From assembly GCA_040182905.1 (NCBI GenBank), contig JARQWU010000013.1, positions 1 to 38,798 on the forward strand: DNA of 38,798 nt, in the 5' to 3' direction. Every line of letters begins with the position of its first letter. The first letter of the stretch is position 1. Positions 1 to 12,500 of the stretch are shown in pieces. A program made the position numbers and the translations under genes. The DNA is from Barthelona sp. PAP020 (taxonomy: Eukaryota). The notes below the pieces were generated by a model, which made no database searches, was not told where the DNA came from, and was given only the letters and a program-made list of their open reading frames with translations.

Positions 1-97
1 ACATCTCTGGGTCATCAATTAATTCTTCATCCAAATCCAATTCATTATATTCAAAATCGGAATCTGAATCATTAATATAATTGTTCGAATCACTCAT
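1..97 (-). CDS. 5' fragment of an acidic N-terminus protein, running off the window edge
   Basis: ATG at 97 on the minus strand after an A-rich leader. The frame is open to the edge: MSDSNNYINDSDSDFEYNELDLDEELIDDPEM. Too short to assign a family. Confidence 0.6.
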   Translation of the reverse strand, partial: MSDSNNYINDSDSDFEYNELDLDEELIDDPEM

Positions 98-513
98 TTT
101 TTTAAAAAAAAATATAATTTGAAAGAGTTCTTTTTTGTTTAAAAGTCAAATAAAGCATTTCAAAACTATTGATCAATATTTTTTGACCGTTTATCATTAT
201 AGTAACTTTTTTCATTGTCAAAAAGGTTCAACATCACTTCTGACTTTTTTTTAGTTGAAATATGGTTATTATGTTTTTAAAATTGTTTATAAAATAATGA
301 ACAATGTTTGATTTGAGGGAATAAATGCATGTTAAAACCCAAAAAAAGGGCTAACCTTTTTTTTTCAAACTGATAAAACTGTTTTTGTCTTCCAAATTAA
401 TCACATACTGCTTCTTAAAACCTATTTTTTTTGATTATAATAAATGAATGTATTGTTTTATTTTCAAAAAAGTATCCAAAAAAGAATTTTTTCATTTATT
501 GTTCTTTTAATGG

Positions 514-3500
514 ATGCAAAATCAAACGAATTTAACGAATCTTACATTTAAATCATTTATATCTTTATCATTTGGCAAAAAGAATACCAAAAAGTTTTTT
601 GATACAAAATGGACATTTGATATAATTCAATCTTTTCTCACGAATGATTCTTATTCACAGATATACTTATTTATGGATGAAAATTCAAATCCTTGTATTG
701 CTACGGATTTTATTTCAACAATGAATAAAAATCATGATAAAATTCTATACATAATCAAAACTGAATTTTTACAAAATGATGACCCTAATTATAATACTTT
801 TATTATAGGTAATTTGGATAGTGATTCTTCATTATCGATAAATACTTTTCTTTATTCCATATTGGTTCCAATTGTTGAAAATATAGTTATTAATTTCACA
901 AATATGTATCCAGACACAGATTTTATGTCTACTCGTTCTGCTGGTTTTAATGTTGTCACAGCCAATTTTTTCAATCGAATTTTTTCATTGAAACAAGATG
1001 AATTGTTATTACCTGTTGAAAAAAAGTTTGATTTTATCAATGCTTCTCAAACTGAAGAAGATTTAACGTTGTTGGATGAGAGTTTTGAGTGTTTTCAACA
1101 AAATTTCAAAGATTTTTTAAAAGTCGAGCATAAATTTAGTTCTATTAGTGGAGAATTTGACTTTTGTCATCAAAAAAAGAAAGTTTTGGAAAGTTTCATT
1201 ACATTTTATACTCGAGAAGATTTAGCAGAATTTTGGGAAGTATTACAAAGTTATAGACATGAGATATATTCAGTTTTTAGAAAATTAAGGAGTCTTATTG
1301 AACAAGAATTGGTTCATATTAATCACTGCTTGGGATTATTGAAACCTTTAAAACGCTGTTTGGATGACATTGAAAAATATGATGCATCTTTCAATATTGA
1401 AAAGAGAAGCATCATGTTGATCAAAACTGCCTTTTTATTTGCCAAAAATCAAAATTATTATGTGCCAAACAAAATGAAATTTCGCTTATTTTTAAAAATT
1501 TTGGTTAAAGAAATTGTATTACGCTTAAAAAAGGTCATATTTAGGTCGTTTGAAGACCCTGTGAAATTGTTAAACATGAAAGTTTTGAAAAATTATGTAA
1601 TTTTTGAACAAAACTTTTTTATTACCGTGATTGAACATTTGGAAGGATTAGTTCAGACTGGTTTAAAGTGGCTGAGGAATTTGAAGCAAATGATTGTTCA
1701 AGAATCAACTGTAACTTTTTTGGATAAAAGTGGAATGGCAATTATCGATGAATTTCAAGAACAGTTGTTAATTACCGATGAAATCTGTTTAAATTGTAAG
1801 TTCATCACATTTTTGCCTGATCACCTATTTCCAATGAATATCAGAGTCAATAAACGAATAAATTTATTGAAACAACAGGTAGAAATTATATATTTAAGAT
1901 TTTTGATTGAATTATGTCAAGGATATCATGATGTGGATATTGTGTTTCATAACAGTGTATATTACGCGTATTATAATCGACGAAACTATGATGATTTGGT
2001 GTTTGATCAAGTGTTTATCCCCACTAAGATTCAAAATTTATACTCGAAATACAGAGAATATATTCGTGCTTCAGATAAACAGATTGCGGAGAGTCTTGAT
2101 GATGGTTTTTTAAAGGAAGAAAAGAATTTTCTTTTTTTAATGAATGTCGGAATATCTTTATATTTAGAAATCAATAATACCTCCCTGGCTGAGATTCAAA
2201 ATGTGATTTTAAAATTTATTATCAAAGGTCTTGGGGAATTGAGCAAATTTATTGAAAAGAATGCTTCACAAACGTTAACATTAACACGTAATTGTTTGGA
2301 AGAAATAGTTAATGAATGTTATGATTTGGAAACTCCTGTTAAACATTTACAAATTTTTTTTGAAAATTTCTCAAATTTTCATCATCAATTTTTTTCGATA
2401 ATTTTAACAAATCTAAGGAATCAACGTATATTGTACGATGATTTCCTTTCAAAATTGGAAGAATTCAGCAGCTCAATTAACAGTATCATTGAATTTGAAT
2501 ATGAGTTTGGTGTAATTGATCAGACTTTAAATTTTGATTTATTGACCTTTGAAAAGTATCCAATATTTATGAAACGTTTGAAAACTTTTATAAAGAAGAC
2601 TTTGAAATCAATAGAAGAGATGGAGAAACAGTTTCAAAGTCTCTTCCTAACATATTATGAGTTAACAAAGAATAAATTTTATGCTTCAAGGTCAAATTGT
2701 ATTGGAGATTTGTTTGAAGACAATTCTCGCAATTCTTTAATATTCAAATATTTGATAAGCATAAATGATTTGAAGGCTCTTGTTAGGTCAAAGTTTCTTG
2801 CCGTTAAAAATTTGGATGATTATGCTTCTTTGATTGAGTTTCAAAAATTGCATTGTTTTTGTGTATTTATTCAATCTAATCACGTAAATATTGTGAAAGT
2901 TTTGCCAAATGTCATTGTTGAATTAATATCTCATGAAATTACACCGTTAATAAAAATTGAGAATGATATCTATTCAACAACATGGTTAGATGTGAATCGA
3001 ATTCAAGAAATTTATGAACAATACCACACGATTTTGATAGAAGTCAAACATATCTGTACTGCTTTGTTTGATGTATATGATTATATATTACATAGTTTTG
3101 AAAATGTTGATTTTTTCTTTTTAAATGTTTCAAATGTTTCAAATGTTTCAGAACTCAGACAATTATCGATTTTTGAATTTAATGATTATTCGATGCGAAA
3201 GATTGATTTATTAAATCATGAAATAAAACATTTTAAAGAAATATTTGTCAAAAAATTGAAATTATGTTTTAAATTGTTACATTGTTCAAGAGGAGATCCT
3301 GTTTTTATCAATTTTATACTATTTTTGCAAAATCTGGTGATCAATAATATCAATGAGATGTTATGTTCACAATTCAGTGAATTTAATGAAATATTGAGAA
3401 AAAAGAACATAATTCAAGGAAATATTGAATTTATAGGAGATAATTTGGAGATTAATCCAGATCCTTTTGAAAAATTACGTGATTTGATCTCGAATTTAAG

Positions 3501-6500
3501 ATTTGGAAATGTTTATGAAATGTTGAATAAACAATGGTTGTCTTCAAATACAAATATCATCAGTGTTGGAAGTAAAAAATTGTTGTTTGCTGAAATCTTT
3601 TCATACGTTAGATTGGTATTATTAAGTGTTAATTCAGTATGTGATGTATTTTCAAATGTTGTTGTTGACCCCAAAATTTTAACAAAAGAATCAATAACTG
3701 ATCGAAATGTTAAAAAAAGTGTTGTAAATAAAGATGTTGAAAATATGGTTGTAAGTGATGTTGAAAATAAAGAACAACAACCAGAACAAGAACAAGAAAA
3801 AGAAAAAGATCAACAAATAAATGAACAATCGGAAAAAGATCAAGATATTCTGACACCAACCACTTTATCAAGAGCTCAATCAATTGAATATCCTGTTAAG
3901 AAAGAACAAGAAGAAATTATCAAAGCAAATAAAGAAGATGATGCTGAAAAAGAAGAAATTCATGATGAAAAATCTTTTGATTTGTACTTTGATTCTGTTT
4001 TTGCTGAACAAGCAAAAGAACATTTTGAAAATCAATTGCCTGTTGAGAGAGAACTATTAAAGTTTGTCAACATTATCAAGGATGTTGATGAAGGTTTATG
4101 TGAATTGCATGAACGTTTAGTAACAAGAGTTAAAAAATCTCAAGTTCAAAAGATTGACACTTTTGAAATCAGAACGTTTTTGTACGATGATAAAATCTTG
4201 AATGATTGGGGATACAATTTGATAACGAAAAAGCAATTGGAAATCGACTTTAGATATATTGACTCTTTGATTAATCGTGCTTTAAAATTGAAAAAGTCAG
4301 TCAATAATATTCCTGCGCATCGAGATTGTGGGTTCATTCGATTTGACTTGACTCAATTTAAAAGCAGTGTTGTTGGAAAGTTCTTCCGTAATGAAAGTCA
4401 CATAGTTAAACGTATTTACGACTATATAACAGAGAATTTGAGTTTTTTAATTAATTTTCAGAATGTTTTGTTTAAACAATTTGATATTACATTATTTGCC
4501 CCTGAGAAAGCGCTTTCAGAAAATGAATCAGATGGCTTAATGAGTCAGTCCAGTTCAAGTCAAGAATCTTATTTTTCCCTAAAAACAAGTGAAACAAAAG
4601 AAGAAATTGATGGAGATCGAAAGATTGAATTAAAAACTGTCGAAAATGATGGTGAAAAGACTGATGAAGGTGAATTTAGCTGTTTTGATGATTTTTTTGA
4701 ATCTCCTTATTATGATGTATTTCGCACTATTTATGTTTTTAAGAAGACACATAAATATGTAATGTTTGAAGTTAAATTATTTGATGACTTGTGTAAAAGG
4801 TTAATTGACTTGAATGATTTTCATGATAACATTGGTTTTGACTTGAGAAAAAAGTTTGAAAACATTCTGAACAATATTTCAATTTTGAAAGTTAAAAAGA
4901 CCGAAATCACAAATTATTTGAGCAGCAAATTGAAAATTGCGGTGGATTTATTGTTGAAAGAATTCGATGTGAATAATGATAGCTTTAAAAACTTTGAGAA
5001 AAAATATCACAGAGAAGTTGATTATATTAGTGTTGATTATATTATTCTATACGATAGTGAAGGGGGAAAACAATATATCTCCAAACTTTTTGGAACTTTG
5101 GAAAAATTTGAAGGCCAGATCAGTTCAATTTTATCTCATCGTGAAATATTAACAGTAAATGCCGAAATTTTGGGAGTAAATGCCAATTTGAAATATGAAA
5201 AATCTTCTTTGATGAAATGTTTGAAAAGTTTTGAATGTTTTGTCAACTCGATGAAACAGATTTATGATATTCATGAAGCTTTCAAAAAGGTATCATGGAA
5301 AGATTATGCTGGATTACCTATCATTAAAACTTTAAATAAAGCAAAAGATGAACTAAATGAAGATGATTTGATTAAATTAGGCAATAAATTGGATATTGAT
5401 ATAAGATCTCATCAAGTTTTGATAAATATTTCCTTGATTGGATGTGAAGAATCTCATATTATTGATGTGATTAAGCAACATGAAAATGTTGATATACAAT
5501 CATTTTTTCAATTATTTCCTTCAATTTTAACATCAGATATATTATTAAAAAATATAGAAGAGATGTATATTGCTGAAAAATTGAGAAGTCATTCCAGTAA
5601 ATTGATACAGAAAATGTCCAATCAATATCATCTAAAGACTTGTGATTCTTTTCAATTTAGCCTATTTTTAAAGAATAATAGTGTTTTGTTCAACAGTGTA
5701 AAGAAAGATTTCATGAAAAATGAACAAAAGAGGTTGGCAAATAAAGAAATTTTACATGTTGGACAGTTTAAACAACAAATAGAAATTAATTCTTTGAAGG
5801 AATTATCGATAATGAATCCAAAGGTAGCATATCATAAAGGATTTACTGGACATGTCATTAATATGTTGAGTGATAGTCATTCTATCTTTGAAAGAACAGA
5901 TATACATTTAGAAATACCAATAGTACAAACAATTCAAAAGGATATTGAGAATTTGCTGAAAATTTCATTGAAAGGACACAGGAACATTACTGAACAATTG
6001 AACTTTTGGTTGAAACAGCTGAAAAATTTGGAATTGTTTTTTGAAAAGGCTTTCTTTGTCATCAACAGTTTTGAGACGGTTTTGGTTATATTGTCAAAAG
6101 TTGAAGACACGGAAAATATCATCAAGGAAGAACATGAACAGTTGTTGGCTGATAGTCTCACTCGATACGAACAATTATTGGTTCCTATTTATTATGTTGG
6201 TTTATTGAAATGTTATGACTATATAAATGATTTAACTGAATTCATGCTTATGATTGAACCTTTATTTCAATTGATTGAACAATTGAGATATCAACAGATC
6301 AACAAAATTCCAAGGTTATTGATGTTATCTAACTCACAATATTGCTATTCAATTGTGAATATACATCATACTTTGGTTCACTCAAAATACTATGTTTTTC
6401 ATTCAAAACCGATTATTTTAAGTTTATTTCCAATGTTTTCTGATGTTTTAATCAAAGATTTCAAGATAACTGGATTTGTCAATACCAATGTATATGGAAT

Positions 6501-9500
6501 AGAAGAGAATTTTTCAATAAGTGCTAATGAGGATCTATCATCGATAAACGATTCATTTACAATGCAATTAACACAACGTTCTTTTGGTTCTACTGTTTCA
6601 CTTGGTGGTACTTCAAGCACAGCATCTTATCAAACATATTTTAACACTTCTTCTTCAACTAATTTTGAGGTAATTTCTTTATTAGAACCTATCTTGTTAA
6701 CTGAAATTGGAACGTTGGATGATTTAGTTTTATCCATACAAAATGGTTTAATCAATACACAAACTTCTTTGATGCGTCAAATGAAGAACATCATTGATAA
6801 TTTCGTGCATCAATTAGAAGTGAATATTATGATTGAAGAACTATTGAAATTACCTTTATCTTATGGGAGAATATTGTTATGTACCATATTAAATAAGATT
6901 GAGTACAATATTCCTAACAATATGGGAGATAGACTGTTGTTTTCAATTTATGTTGAATTACGGACCAATTTACTTGAATCTAGTTATTATCGAAACTTGC
7001 ATGTGAGAAATCTATTTCAAGTGTTATATCCTTCGCTTGCTAGAATATTTAGCAGAGTAACACATTTCATACAGTTATCACACACAGATAATGAATTATC
7101 CACTGTATCATCGATGAATTTTTTGGATTTTGACTATCAATTTGAGGAAGATTCAACTTCAATAAATACTCCAAATTTAGATACAAGTGGTATAATTGGT
7201 ATTGGAGAAGAAAATAATTATTTGAACGATTTTGGCATAGATAACAATTTTGCCATGAATAACAATTCTTTTGCCACATCAATTTCGGAGAGTTTTTGGA
7301 ACAATTTTTCAACCACTTTTGAAGGAGATGAAGAATTGATAAATAATGCCGCTAATGAGTTTATTTATGTACAACCAACTAGTTACATTGACTTTAATGA
7401 AAATTCTTATTATTTGAATGGAAGAAAAGTTTCTGAAAATGTTAAAGATTTTGTTTTTATTTCCAAATACATCACTGTAGTGACAAAAACACATTTTGCT
7501 AAATTTGATTTGATTACAAATGCATTTAACAGTAATTTGGGTGTTGTTTTAAGATCAATTCATGAAAGTTGTTTGAATGAATTTATTGATGTATTCACTC
7601 AATATTATTTAGCAGAAACTTTGGAATATGACGTTAATTCTTTAATCAGTAGAGCTATACCATTTGGTTGCACAACTCATTCTGATAAATTTCAATTCAA
7701 TCTTTTCAAATATTTACAAGGTTTGATTCACTTTTTAAAGACAGTAAATGGAGTCATAATTTTGAAAAATATTGAACTTTTCAGTGAAAAAGAAATACTA
7801 TTCTTCATGGATGAATTAGTAAGAAGTAGAATCAAGTTCATTGTATGTTGTAATACTGAATATGAAATAATGCTTCAAAATACTATCACTATCAAATTAA
7901 ACACTTCAGAGATGAATTCTTATCATACCATAGCACCAATATTAAATTTTGAAACATTGGAATCAAATTTAGTTATTTCCAAAAGTTTTGAAATTTTTGA
8001 AATTTTAAGAGAAATTATTGCATATTATCAATGTTTTGGTATTAAATTATTGTTAAATCAGGAAGATTTTAGATTTATTGCATCATCTACCTTTAAATTG
8101 GTAAATTTCTTTCAACGTCAAAGAATTTCTGCCATAAATAGAACAAAATTAGAGATCCATTGTTTTGCTTATTTGTTTATCAAATTTGTTAAAGATACAG
8201 TTAATTTGAATGATAATCTGTGCAAAGAATTGATTGAAAGGATTTCTAGTCATTTTAGATTGAATTTGATGATGTTTGACATTGAAACACCCATTGGATT
8301 TGATTTTTTTTCGGGTAGAACTTTACTAAATGAAAGTTTAGCAAAAAAATTGAAATATTTTAAATATGGTCATAATGAACCTTTGAAACAATTAATTTTA
8401 GCTTTATCCAAGTCAACTACTTATAATTCTGTACATTTTACCGGTAATTTCAGTAGAATATATGGGTTTGAATTTTTACAAATTTATGAAAGTTTTGTGA
8501 AATTTTTTTATCGGAGTGTTTCTAGCAATATCATATATATTTCTTATCCAATGAATTTTGAGATATGTTTTGATTCAAATGTGTTGTTATCTTATTCAAT
8601 TGCATCATTACAATCATTACTCATTGATAAATTAACATCATTTAAAAATAATTCACAACAAGAGAGTAGATCAAGAGTATCTGTATCTAAAATAGTTGAA
8701 GATGTTTTCATCATCATTGTTTTAAAGACAGATGATAGTTTATCCAAAGAAATGTTCAGAATTTTAAAAGTGTTTGAAAAGAAATGTAATGTAATCATTT
8801 CTAATTTATTGATGACAATGAATTTTCCTGAAAGTTTCAAATTTTTCACCATAATCAAGACGATTTCAATTGAAAACCCATTGAAGCTTGCAAATTCTAC
8901 TATAATTGCTAATGATCTTAGTACTAAGGCTATTATAGAAGGTTACGGTTATCAAATTGCTTGTAACACATTTTATGAATATGATGAAAATTTTAATGAT
9001 CCTCTTCTTTTGGATTTCATTGATAACAACCCTTTTTCTATCGATATTAGCAAAGAATTGTTACGATATTTGATCTCACTTGTATTTAAATCAAGAAATG
9101 AACATAGTCATTTCTATCGCGATATTATTCTGTTACCATTCTTCAATAAGACCATTTTAAACACTTTCTTTCATATCATTGATGTTTTAATAGCCTATGA
9201 ATATAATCAAATATCTATTATTATGTATGCTTTAACATATTTATTGATGATTGGAGTAAAACCAAATTATTTATTGTATTCAGATGTATCAAAGGAACTA
9301 TTTGAAAATTTTGAGAAACATTTCAACTTTTCCATTGATGAAGATCAAAGCATTCAATATTTAATTCCTTCTTTTGAAGAACCCAAATTGTTAAATGTTT
9401 CAAAGACTGAAGAATACGTGATGTTTATTCGTAAGGTTTTCCCAGTTGCTAGCACTTACAATCTAATATATCTTCAAAGAACTTTAATGAATGTTGAATC

Positions 9501-12500
9501 TGAACAAAAAGATGGTTATTGCAAAGGTGGATTGATAATAACGCCATCTACAACCGTTTTTGATATCATTAATGCTATTTTCTATTTTTTAACCAAAGAT
9601 AATATGCCAAAGATACCGATGTTCACAGAATATAAGATTTCTTCTGAACAACATGATATGAAAGGGAAGAAATTCAAATTCATTTTTGAAAACGTTAACT
9701 ATGCATCTAAAGATGTGTTTATGTTAATCAGTTTGTTAATTTGTTATAAACGTGTGTATTTATTAAGTTCAAGAACTATATATGATTTTTCAGACATAAA
9801 TATTTCATTTATTGGAATAATGGATGATTACATCAATAAGGAAATTGAACATTTGTATTTTTGTAATTTTTCCAATTGTTTGTTACCATTTATTTTTCAA
9901 CAGGAATATCTATTGAAAAATAATCAAGATATGACGATGCAAAGGGTTGAACAATTTTTAGCTTTATTGTTTGATTATTTAATAAATACCAACAATAATG
10001 TTATTATAAAGGGAGAAGATCATTCCTCATTGGACATGATCAATAACAATTATTGTTTTCATCAAATTGATTTGCTTTTGCTAACGATTCAGAAATATTA
10101 TGATGAAAACATAAGTATTGAGGAATTTTTACCTTTTGTTGTATGGATTACAACTAATTTTTGGTTGAAAAGAAATGATAAACAATTATTTTCTGTATTA
10201 AGTGTTGAATTGCAATGTTTAAATCGTATATTTAACACTAAAGAATTAAAATATGTACCAAAAGATTTGAATCAAATTCTTTACATCCCTAAACAATTTT
10301 TAGAAATATTAAAAGGTATTTTTGAAGATAATAGATTTAACCAAAAACAACAAATAACAATCGGAAATGAATTTATTCGTATTTTTGATTTAGAAAATTT
10401 TAACCTTGCAGCAATTGAATTTTTCAATCATTTCATAGCTTCATTCAACATTGATAAATATAGTCAAACCAATATAACTTTGTTAACTATTGAACAAACG
10501 AAAAAGATTTTTTTTGATTATTTTTTGTTGGACAGTTCCTTGAATCATTTTTTGATTATTGGACCTTCTTTATGTGCTAAACAAAAACATTTTCTATTTT
10601 TACAATTAATTGGAAAAGTTTGTAAAAATAAATTCATTCATTTGAAGTTTCTTGATTTGAATGAAATAATTCGATTTAGAAATGATTATCAAAATGATGA
10701 AAATCAACAAAATCAACCTGAAAATATCTTCAATTTGAATGAATCATTAAAAGAGAATCATCACACAATCTTATTTATCAATAGTGTTCAATATAAAGAA
10801 ATTGTGAAGAAACATAATGGTTTTAGTGCAGCAATTGATTCTTTATTATTTAATTATGATTTTAGTGTTATTGAACCATCATTATTATTATATTATGCTA
10901 AATATATAGTATCTATGAATAATATGAATAATAATAATGTTAGTATTAATGCTATGGATGTTAATTTAACAAAAGAAGAAATAAATAATTTTTTTCAAAG
11001 AATACATATTGTAATTGATGTGATGCCTTACCATTATCATGAATATCAAACAAATGTGTTTAATTTAATGAAATGTATCAATGTTAATGTGCAGGCTCTA
11101 GCAAGTTTAGAAGGTTTTGCTACTTATGTTCTTGAATGTTTAGATAGATTGTTATATATAAGAATTAATCAAGGGTTTAATAATCCTTTAACACATGATG
11201 TTGAAAGAGATAATATAGCTTATCATTTAGCTAAAACTTTTGAATATTTCATCAATTCTATTGAAAATACAATTCCTGCTAATATACCTGATGAACCTAC
11301 TATTTTTACATTTTATAATTTGAAACAACAAATCAATATTGAAAGTTGGATGGTAATTAAACCAAAATTATTTGAAAGATATATTACATTTTTTGTAGAA
11401 TATTTGAGTCAAGCAAAAGAAGTATACTTTGCTAGATTGAGTAAACTTAAAAATAGTCTGAAACTATTTGAAATAATAGAAAAAGAATTGATTAAACATA
11501 ATAATTCAATAAGAATATATGATAATCAATTAAAAATTCAAGAAACTAAAATTAATGATAAAATTCATGTTTTAGGTAATCATCAAGCAAGATTAAAGAT
11601 TGTTGACAAAAATTTAGAACAAATCAATCTTGAAATTTTTCAATTCAAAATTCAATTGAAGAATTTATCGGATATTGTGGATAATATTCAAAAAGATGTT
11701 TTTATATTACAAAAATTCAAAACAAATCTTTTGAAACTTTTAACAAATATTGATAAAAATTTTGATTTCAATGATATTGAATATTTAAGACAATTACAAA
11801 AGCCTAAAGATAATGTTTTAGAGATTATTGCTTTTTTTGTTGCTTTAACGAATATTCAAGTTATAAGTAGCAGTGGTAGTGGTACTGGTACTGGTACTGG
11901 TACTGGTAGTGGTAGTGGTACTGGTAGTAACAGTAGTAGTCGTACTGTTAGTGGTACTGATAGTAGCAGTAGTAGTAGTAGTGGTACAAATACTACACCA
12001 AATACCACATCTTTAAATATGTCTGATAAAGGAATATTATTAACCTTATTCAAACGTTTTAGAAGTTTATTAACCGATATTAGAATATTTGAAGCAAGAT
12101 TAAGAGGTTTTGCTCTTGAAACTATTAACAAAGATTTGGTGATTGTTATCAAGAATAGATTACCAATGATTCAATTAGATGATGATGAATTACCTTTCAT
12201 TAAAGCTATCTATGACCTTTTACAAACAATTGCTCAATTGATTGATGAAACTCAAAAATTAGAGTCAAAGAAAAGTGAATATAATCTGTTATCAAACAGT
12301 TTTGATCAAGTAGTGGTCAGATTACATAGCAATGAAAATGAATATGATTCATTAATCAGACAATTATCTAAAAATTCAAATGAATTGGAAAAAGAAATGT
12401 TAGTTAAACATGATTTGATTACTAAACACCAAAATTGTTACTCCACGATTGAAATCTTTAAAACGTTTTTAGAAACTTGTATTAGTGTGAAAGAAAATCT

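Noticed and set aside
11866..11988. Tandem repeat as a CRISPR array or telomeric seed
   Set aside because: Units are 3-6 bp with no spacers and lie in frame within a CDS.
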